Part shown: one piece after another, positions 56,401 through 64,000 of the stretch
Position numbering within the stretch: the first letter of the stretch is position 1
Layout of the letters: every line of letters begins with the position of its first letter
Origin: Tubulanus polymorphus
Lineage: Eukaryota > Animalia > Nemertea
Direction: 5' to 3'
Assembly (NCBI RefSeq): GCF_964204645.1
Contig: NC_134025.1
Span: forward strand, 14,198,001-14,262,000
DNA: 64,000 nucleotides
The notes under the pieces: model-generated
The model's input: only the letters and a program-made list of their open reading frames with translations
Database searches by the model: none
Told to the model about the DNA's origin: nothing
Program-made: the position numbers and the translations under genes

Positions 56401-57509
56401 AATTTAATTAAATCAAATATATTTATTTTAAGATTATTATCTCTTTCTATTTTTGGAATATTTTTAATTCTAACAGGATACTTATCTATCTTATAATTAT
56501 TTTCAAATTGTTTATAATGAGTTAATCTATAAGTATGTTTATTATAATCTTCAACTGGATGTAAACAACTTATTATAACCCATAGAAAACATTTATCATC
56601 TTCATTTTGTACATTTATTACAGCATTAGTTTTAAATGGTAGTTTAATATAACTTGATGCTTCAATATCTGGTTCTTTATAATATGATAAATTATTTTCA
56701 TCAATTGGTTTTGATTTAGTTAACTTATTATATTTTGTGTTATAAACATGTAAAGTTATAAATATTATCTCATCAAATATTAAACCAGATCCTTCAAAAT
56801 ATTTCTCTTCTATTTTAGTTTTTATTTCATTATAACATTTATCTAATTTATCATCTATATGTTGTTTAGAAATAATATGTTGTGAATGAGAATTTATATT
56901 ATATATTGGTTTATCTTCAGATTTTATAAACTTTACTTTAGAAGATATACTTATTTTAGGATATTCAACATCTGTAATTATTTTTATTATTTCTTTCATA
57001 TTTTCTAAATGTTTTTTATTTTCTTCTAATGTTTTACCTTTATGAAATTTAAACTCGATAGCTGCTGGACCAATATCACTTTTAAATGCTTCGGTTATCT
57101 CTATATCTTTTTTATTATCTAATGAATTAATATAATTTCTTACATCTTCCATGTATGGTCTTTTATTGTTTAATTTATTTTTTATGCTTTTAATTGTCTT
57201 CTGTTTCTTATCGTTATCATTATCAAAATAATCTTCACCTAAAATATCATTATTCTCATTTCTTATATGACTTATAGTTTTTAAATGTTCTTTATAATAT
57301 CTTTTATCACTGAATGATTGATTACATGTATCACATTTGTATGTTTCTTTTTCATCCTTTAATTCTTCTAATTTATTTTCTAATATATCATCTTTATACT
57401 CTAGTTTCAATTTATTCTCTAAATGTGTTCTAGTTTTATTGTGTCTTGCTTTTTGGGATTTATCTATATCGATATTACATGTTGGGCAGTAGTACTTATT
57501 TGCTTCCAT
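53478..57509 (-). CDS. Polinton type-B DNA polymerase (zinc fingers, OTU-like region, exonuclease with endonuclease VII-like insert)
   Basis: Intact 1343 aa; IYGDFE, HNLSGYD, YIDANNLYG, KLMNNAFYGK, YFDTDS; CYYC...RDHDHLNGKFRGAAHENCN. Confidence 0.96.
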   Translation of the reverse strand: MEANKYYCPTCNIDIDKSQKARHNKTRTHLENKLKLEYKDDILENKLEELKDEKETYKCDTCNQSFSDKRYYKEHLKTISHIRNENNDILGEDYFDNDNDKKQKTIKSIKNKLNNKRPYMEDVRNYINSLDNKKDIEITEAFKSDIGPAAIEFKFHKGKTLEENKKHLENMKEIIKIITDVEYPKISISSKVKFIKSEDKPIYNINSHSQHIISKQHIDDKLDKCYNEIKTKIEEKYFEGSGLIFDEIIFITLHVYNTKYNKLTKSKPIDENNLSYYKEPDIEASSYIKLPFKTNAVINVQNEDDKCFLWVIISCLHPVEDYNKHTYRLTHYKQFENNYKIDKYPVRIKNIPKIERDNNLKINIFDLIKLPNTKGNNIKHYTLEPLYLSKDYDSNDVIDILYYENHYMWIKQIDLFFKSENDHHKIYLCRKCLHRFSNESTLLNHKQLCDNHDYCKLVLPNEKDKILEFKKYDYKNKVPFVIYGDFESLNKELTDKDRKDIYYKRKKLNSNESDYSDEPPITNTIKKIHQSAAAFGLYIKSDYPELIESEYYNYRNENVINHFCDLLIEYEIRFSKLLNTNKEIIMTEEDKEVFAFTDKCYYCEKIFNYKDKKVRDHDHLNGKFRGAAHENCNLQAKKINFVPVIFHNLSGYDAHLFIKQLCHKIEEINNEIEILNSNRSKDKIPTYKFRMLAKTSENYISFQFGCLRFIDSYRFLNSSLDNLSKSLVDDELKILKEYYPNNDDFQLMRYKGAIPYSFYKNHNDFNITELLKEQFYDELKNEYVKDEVYNRTLNIWNHFKITNHGQLVDLYLKSDVLLLTDIFERFRDVNLKYFNIDPCHCYSSPGLTWDCGLKFTDIKMDLLTNIDQLLLFEKSIRGGVSGVLGDRYFNVNDNPGYKLLYIDANNLYGWAMMEPQPYGMFEITEVLQIDKFDWKKRILDIADDSDTGYFFVVDLEYPENIKFKSRNLAYCPEHKTVKHEELSNYQKRIKPDNHIHTEKLMVTQEDKYNYVVHYRMLKFYLNQGMILKKVHRYISFSQSKWLEKYIDFNTTQRTKSKTDFEKDFFKLMNNAFYGKTCENIRNRNDIELVSNGKRIRHLQSYPKFIGNRIFDENLAAVKMKRTSMKFNKPIYVGAAVLEISKFLMYKFYYNILQPHFGEKHIEILYFDTDSYILKIKTDNITDDLKTLKHHFDFSNYPKDHELFSNDNKKVPGKFKDELGGEEMIEFIGIRSKMYSYKTKEHEAKKLKGITKSVVEKNIHFKDYINCIFNEEVRKHKMKCLRSEDHEMYIEEIEKISLNPFDDKRYILDDGIHTVAYGCNLDEYIKFKREETKENEIMKRILAC

Positions 57510-57995
57510 TTTAATACTATATTTTTTATTAAAATTGATTTTAGAAGTTCAATGATTTAAATGTTATTCATTTATGTGAATATTTTAAGAGTAATAGGGG
57601 TAATGGGCTTTCAAGCTAAAGGTTTAATGATCGAGTTCATTAATAACATATATTAAAAGTAATTAAAAAACTATAATATATTTTCATAACCGCGTGCATT
57701 TCAGTTGAATAATAGAATAATTATTATCATTTGAATATATTTGATTATTTGAATTTGTGTATTGTAATTAAATCAATTAGTCGCGGAGCGGAGCGGTAGC
57801 GAAGTGGAGCGACTAATTGATTTAATACAATATGCTTTTTATATTATTGATATCTTAGAATAAATATTTAGTTTTGATATAAAATGCACGCGGTTATGAA
57901 AATATATTATAGTTTTTTAATTACTTTTAATATTTTGTTTTTTAATGGGCTCGACCGTTCGACCTTTGGCCTGAAAGCCCATTACCCCTATTACT
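57421..57995 (-). repeat. Right TIR (575 bp), containing the PolB start; outer 406 nt is a fold-back palindrome
   Basis: Reverse complement of 39008-39582. Confidence 0.95.
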
Positions 57996-58334
57996 TACAG
58001 TGCACTGCGAACTGAACGCGGCGTCTTCTCACTTAGAAAATTATCGACTTGACAGATTAGTTCGATTTTCGACCGCAGCGGCGCTATACGACATTTGAAA
58101 CTTTCTACCTTTTGCATTCACCACAGCAGACCCGTGTGTCCACGTTTGTTTACTTCTTCTGCGCATGCGCTGTGAGGAGATTATGCTGGGGCAGAAAGAA
58201 AACAACGCTCTCCCTGATATTCTCGGAGCTACCCCATTCTCCCGGTCTTTAACTTACCCAAACCTGCTAACCGGCTATCGTTCAAGAGTCGCTGTGTATT
58301 TTGCTAGGCCAAAGCTAGATTTTAACTAATAAAA

Positions 58335-58482
58335 ATGACATGGGAAGAACAATTTGAAAATTTGACTTCGATAGAAGTAAATGGAAAAATTTCTGTCACT
58401 AAATATCGATCAAAAGCCACTGGTATGACAATATGTTTAGCAAATGTTGGCGGGCCTTTAGTGAATGGATATTTTTGTTTGG
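58335..58482 (+). CDS. First coding exon of a host M16-family zinc metallopeptidase (C05D11.1-like)
   Basis: VTKYRSKATGMTICLANVGGPLVNGYFCL followed by G|gtaagt donor; NRF1-like TGCGCATGCGC at ~58160; later exons not found in the window. Confidence 0.8.
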
Positions 58483-58716
58483 GTAAGTTGCATCTTCTGC
58501 CTTTCTTTGTATCTTGTTTCTGGGACAATAATGTCACGTGATGACACTCTAGGCGCTAGCAAACTCTTTTAAGTGCAGAAAAACGCAGACGGTACAAACT
58601 CTCGACTTTGTGGTGGACCGTGGCGTTGTGGTGTGGATCGACGAGCAGTACTATTTTAGTGTCTTAACGAAATGAACGGAAAGATGCTTGGAACACGAGT
58701 TAGTTACCTGATTGTT

Positions 58717-60199
58717 CAGTCAGGAACACTTTCCAAAAACGGCTTATTCTGCCAATTTCGGCGTTTTCCGCCAATTACGGCAGAATCAGCCGTTTATGGA
58801 TCACTCAGTTTTGAAACTTTCACAGTCGTTTATGGCTTAATCAGCCAGTTTCAGCTCACTAAGTTTCGAGTTTTGCTTTAAAGTTTTTTGCGCACTTCCG
58901 GTTCAATTAGCACATGTTGCCGATGACGTCATAATCTCGAGCAGACGATAAGCTTTCATATGACGCTAGGATGGAAATTTTTGAGCTAGGTAAAGTGGTC
59001 AAATTTACGTTTTTCTAAATGATTACGTCATATGAAGCGCAAAAACTCCGGGAAAACTCTCAAAACTACTACAGCATGAAACAAGTTTATTAATCATGAT
59101 TTTTGTTAAAAATAAATTTGGGAACTAGTTTTAAAAACTATTATAAAGTTTTCAAGTAAACGTTGCCATGGGTACACATAAAAACATTCGCCATTTCTGG
59201 CGTATTCCGCCGTTTTTGGCGTAGTTAGTTTTATAATCATAAACTATTAAGCCATTATTGGCAGTCCACTTGTTATATATGAGGATTCCCCCACCCACTT
59301 AGACGTTTCCCCTAGTGTCTACGCGGTACTTTTTTCGGAATAAAATGATTAATTTGCTGAGGTGAACGGATGTGTAAATATTATATGTTAAAAATATAAT
59401 TGTTATTATTATAATTATCATTCTCATAAGACAAATCAATCATGGATGTATAAACTAGTGTATCAAAAATCTAGTTTTAAGTTTTGCCCATGGTCTTATC
59501 TTGCCTAATAATGCATAGAATGGTTGAGGGATATATTGGACTGCATATGATGTTGGTTAATTGAAGGTAATTAACATCTTCGATGCCTCCAAGCTAATTG
59601 ATGGATTCTTGTGATGGATAGTGATTGAATGAATTGGTGGCCGATGACGTTACAACTCAAAATCGATAGGCCTACAGCTGTATCTAGACTCATTTCAAAA
59701 TACAACAAACATTTTCGAAACAATTTGGGATACATGTATGTATATATTTATTTCATAGAATACAGGTATACAGAAAGAACAGAATTCAAATACATTTGCC
59801 ATCGGAAACCCATACATTTATATTTAATTCTTTCTTGAAGCCTGGAACGGATCAATGAGATTAATTTTTCGGCGCAAATATACAAATGTTTGCCAGCAGA
59901 AAAGCGATGATGTCATAATAGGGACTCCCATCGAACTAAGCATTATAAATAGCACCTGTAAAACTATCTAAGCTAAAAACGTCGTTTCTGGCGATGTAGT
60001 TTTAAAAACTGTAACAGCTGAAAACGGCGGAAATGGCGTTTTTTAAGAACAAGCCAAAAATGGCAGAAAACGCCGATTTCGGCTAAATTGGCAGAAGCAG
60101 TTTAAAACTGAGTAATCCATAAATGGCTGATTCTGCCGTTATTGGTGGAAAACGCCGAAATTGGCAGAATAAGCCGTTTTTGGAAAGTGTTCCTGACTG
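58717..60199. mobile_element. Non-autonomous TIR element (~100-bp TIRs, apparent 5-bp TSD TTGTT) in the host intron
   Basis: ttgtt|CAGTCAGGAACACTTTCCAAAAACGGCTTATTCTGCC...GGAAAGTGTTCCTGACTG|ttgtt. Confidence 0.8.
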
Positions 60200-60214
60200 T
60201 TGTTGGTGGTACAC

Positions 60215-60300
60215 TTTTTAGCCCACTTGGGACATCGTCCCAGCAGCCTATTGGGTTCACTTTTCGTCCGTCCATCTGTCCTGCCGTAGATAGCTATATC
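60215..60300 (+). mobile_element. 5' end of a Helentron-derived (HINE/DINE-1-like) repeat; extent not determined
   Basis: tttttagcccacttgggac..gtcccagc..ctattg.gttcacttttcgtccgtcc, matching the sequence from 63031. Confidence 0.55.
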
Positions 60301-61929
60301 CATAAAAAATTCAAATAGCTCCAATCTTACTGAAAGAATGTTCGAATGGGGAGGGCTCAAATAACAATATGCTTTTTAAATTTTTGAATTATCTTCAGTA
60401 GTTTTCGAGATATCGCAAATTGAAGTTTGAAAATTTGAGCGAAAAGTGTCTTCATGTTTCAATACACAAAAACTGATCTAAGAAGGCAATATTTCATGTA
60501 AACAAACTTCAATATCTCTTAAACTAAATGAGATAGACTAGAAATTTAAAGAGCAATACACTCATAGCACTTTCAGGTGACAGTCGAAAGACCCACAATT
60601 TTTATCTGATTCCAAATGCCTATGGTTTCCATGGAAACCAGCCGAAAAATGGTAAAATAATGAAAATATCGATGTTAGATCAAAAGTTATGATGTAGAAA
60701 GGGGATAGAATAACTAGTTATCAATAGTTTATGTTTGCCCTAAGTTTATCTAGGAATATCTATTATTATATAGATTATTATTATTAGGTTTCCATGGTAA
60801 CAGCAAGAATAAATGTGAAATATTGAGAAATATTGATATGATTTCAGATGAAATTATTTTTTTCACTACATAATTTTTGAAATGATTAAACATGATTATC
60901 AAGGCCTGTCAGTAAGGTCTATAGCCATAGGCTCCTATTGCAAATTGATTTAAATATACCAATTTTATATATTATTTGCTAAATGAATTTTAGTTAAGAA
61001 AAGCAGAAAATTAGGCTTGGCCTAGCTCAAAACGCTGAAATTTGAAATATATTCATGATATCATAATAAAATCAATCAGTTTAGAATCATAAACCAAGCA
61101 ATAGTAATAATACTACTAATAATAACTAAATAATAATCCATTTGTTTTGTTTTGAGCTAAATTTCAACAATATTTTATATATATTTCAATTTTGCTGCTT
61201 TTGGAAAATCCCCTCGGGAGCCTCACTGTCCCATCACGCGCCTCTATTTTTGCCCGATTCATGCCTCAATTCATCCCATTAGACGCCTCCCTCTTTCAAC
61301 AGCCGCTTTAGCGACGGGAGCGTAGTGGCAATCCGCGCGCAAAAAAAAAATATTCAGAAATATAGTGATGAATAATTATGGATCGGAAAATAAATACAAT
61401 AATTCACCGCTAGACCGATGAATAATTGTTGAATATTGATCTCATCACGAGCAGCCCGGCGAGTCGTCATTCAATAACAAGTGCTGGCCGCCATTTTGTA
61501 TCGCTCGCTTCAACGCAAAACTTAGACATCGACTTTTCCGGCAGCGATCGCTCAGCCCTGACACGAAATAAAATCATGCAGTCTTCAGTATTTGAATTTT
61601 AAGATCCTAAACCTTCCGATTCCTGATGATTCGTCGCTTATTCCGGGTCCTAGGCTGACGAATTTTGCTCTTGAAAAAGGGTATATTTCGATTTTTATTT
61701 TCTTCGACTAAAATACGGATTTATACACTAAACCAACCCCCAAGTGATAAAGATCGATTTTATTGGTTGATTCCAAAAGATTTTAGCTCATTTGCATTGA
61801 TAGACAGGTTTTATGAATGATTTTACTACGCGATGTCAAAACGTGTAGTAAAAACGCGCATCAAACTTTTCCTAATCAATAATGGTCGTCACAATCGATA
61901 GTGGCGCCCCGCGCGGACATGAACATACC

Positions 61930-64000
61930 TACCGTAGACGGAATCCAGTTATTTTGGGATGTGTTGGCGAAGTTTTGTCAAGATGGCTGTCCTATGACGT
62001 TTTTGTGGCCAAAAATGTCAATTTTGGCCCGAATTCTAGGTCCTGTAGCTTCCTACTGGTTTGCCATTTCTCATTGCAATTTGTGATGGGTATTCTTTGG
62101 AAAGGGATGTTTTATACCTGAGACAGATATTGGTATCACAATCAATTGAAAAATCATAGGTGCTGACATATTCTATGATTGTGGTGAGTTTCAAGGTCAT
62201 TGGTTTTTTTGTATGGTCAACAGGGGGCATTGAACACGAAATTGTTAGATTGTTGAGCATTTGAAACCACTTCCCAAGTGGGCATGGTGTCCCTGGACCC
62301 CTAGTTGAACTTTTTGATGGAAATTTTGAAGATGCTTTAATCAATTACCTTTATCTTTCTTATATATTTGAATCCTCCAAGGGCCCATTAGCATAAGAAA
62401 AATTGGGTCGATCAGACTCGAGATGGCCGTCCTATGACCTAGTAGGTGCCCAAAAATGTCTATTTTGGCCCGAATTTTGAGTCCTGTAGCTTCCTACCGG
62501 TCTACTATTTCTCATTGCATTTTGTAATGGGTATTCTTTGGAAAGGGTTGTTTTATACCTGAGACAGGTATTTTTGATCAGCCGATTATGACGCAATTGG
62601 CGGCCATTTTGGTGTCATCAGTACTCATTCGTAGGTGGGAAAAAGTTTTTCGACATTAAATTGATACCTAAGCATATTGTGTTACTATAATCAATTGGAA
62701 AATTGTAGCCCATAGGGCTTCAGAATTAGGAGGCTAAGGAAACCATGCCAATTTCAATTTCCAATGCTAAGAATTGCAATTTCAAAATTTTTTACATAGA
62801 ATGCAAAAGCAGTTTCCAACTACGCAAAACATTGAAGCCTAATCTGGTATTGATCCGATTAAAATCGTAGGACTAGAATTGTAGGACTTGAGTAGACAAT
62901 GATAAGCAATGACAGTGAACCGCTTTTCGTTGATGGCAGGTACTTTCATACAATCTATAACCTATTTACTCATTACTGTTCAAAACATTCAGTTACTTGC
63001 CTCTAATCTAGCTTCCTTCAAAAGCTCTCCTTTTTTAGCCCACTTGGGACTTTAGTCCCAGCGGGCTATTGCGTTCACTTTTCCTCCGTCGTCCGTCCGT
63101 CCGTCCGTAGACGGAATCCAGTTATTTTGGGAAGTTTTGAAGACGCTTCAAGGTAATGTCTTGATATTTGGGTTACACATGTATCTCCCCTAGACACATC
63201 TTCAGCCCAAAAACTGGCCGTGTCAGAATCAAGATGGCCGACAAGCAGCCATTGTTGTTCGCCAAAATCAGCACTTTTTACACATTTTTGAACTTTTTGA
63301 GGGAAATTTTGAAGACGCTTTGATCAATTACCTTGGTCTTTCGGATATATGTGAATCCCCCCAGGGCCCATCAACATAACAAAAATTGGGTCGGTCGGAC
63401 TCAAGATGGCCGTCCTATGACCTTTTTAGTGCCCAAAAATGTTAATTTTGGCCAGAATTCTGAGTCCTGTAGCTTCCTACTGGTTTGCCATTTCTCATTG
63501 CAATTTGTGATGGGTATTCTATGGAAAGGGATGTTTTATACCTGAGACAGGTATTTTTCATCAGCCAATTATGACGCAATTGGCGGCCATCTTGGTGTCA
63601 CCAGTACTCATTCGTAAGTGGGAAAAAGTTTTTCCACATTATATTGATACCTAAGCGTATTTTGCTACCACAATCAATTAGAAAGTTGTAGCTAATAACG
63701 TGTTCTATGATTGTGGTGAGTTTCAAGGTAATTGGATTTTGTATATGGCCACCAGGGGGCGTTGAATAATACAATATCTTAGCATTTCTTTATTATATTC
63801 GTACCTATGCATATTTTGTAACCACAATCAATTGGAAAGTTGTAGCTCATGACATCATCTATGATTGTTGCGAGTTTTAAGGACATTAGTTTTTCTATAT
63901 GGTCACCAGGGGGCGTTGAATAGTAGAATAACTCAGTATTTCCTTATTATATTGGTACCTAGGCATATTTTGTTGCCATGATCAATTGCAAAGTTGTAGT
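61930..64000 (+). mobile_element. HINE/DINE-1-like repeats with (CGTC)n microsatellite and internal tandem blocks
   Basis: Head at 63031 (T-run, hairpin, cgtc repeats); blocks caagatggccgtcctatgac...tatacctgagacag and caatcaattggaaagttgtagc...cagggggcgttgaa recur in 61.9-62.7 kb and 63.1-64 kb. Confidence 0.6.

Larger units (their letters stand above)
39008..57995. mobile_element. Complete Polinton/Maverick-like endogenous virus, copy 2 (18,988 bp)
   Basis: 5'-AGT...ACT-3' ends, 575-bp TIRs, 6-bp TSD TACAGT (39002-39007, 57996-58001); PolB, integrase, ATPase, MCP and penton. Confidence 0.97.

Overview
AT-rich eukaryotic (probably invertebrate animal) genomic DNA dominated by mobile elements. 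It holds two copies, in the same orientation, of a Polinton/Maverick-type endogenous DNA virus. Copy 1 (<1-14279) is decayed and truncated. Copy 2 (39008-57995) is complete, with 575-bp TIRs and a 6-bp TACAGT TSD. Copy 2 encodes a type-B polymerase, an rve integrase with chromodomain, an A32-like ATPase, major and minor capsid proteins, an HNH nuclease and several membrane proteins, but no recognisable adenain protease. Between the copies lie a spliced USP-protease gene fragment, several MITEs, two head-to-tail RTE-X-like LINEs, and a Kolobok DNA transposon (THAP-DDE transposase plus KolX/P2X7-ballast-like gene, TTAA TSD) nested in one LINE. Copy 2 sits about 340 bp upstream of exon 1 of a host M16 (C05D11.1-like) metallopeptidase. 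Three signals stand out. (i) The outer 406 nt of each TIR is itself a fold-back hairpin, resembling an unfolded parvovirus/poxvirus telomere. (ii) 14 of 17 genes start in TAAATG, the poxvirus late-promoter motif, which puts an anti-Kozak T at -3, while PolB, integrase and a putative regulator do not. (iii) The putative regulator sits behind AP-1, heat-shock and ETS motifs. Together these suggest, as inference only, a hairpin-ended, possibly helper-virus-dependent integrating virus. All calls are by eye; no database search was run.
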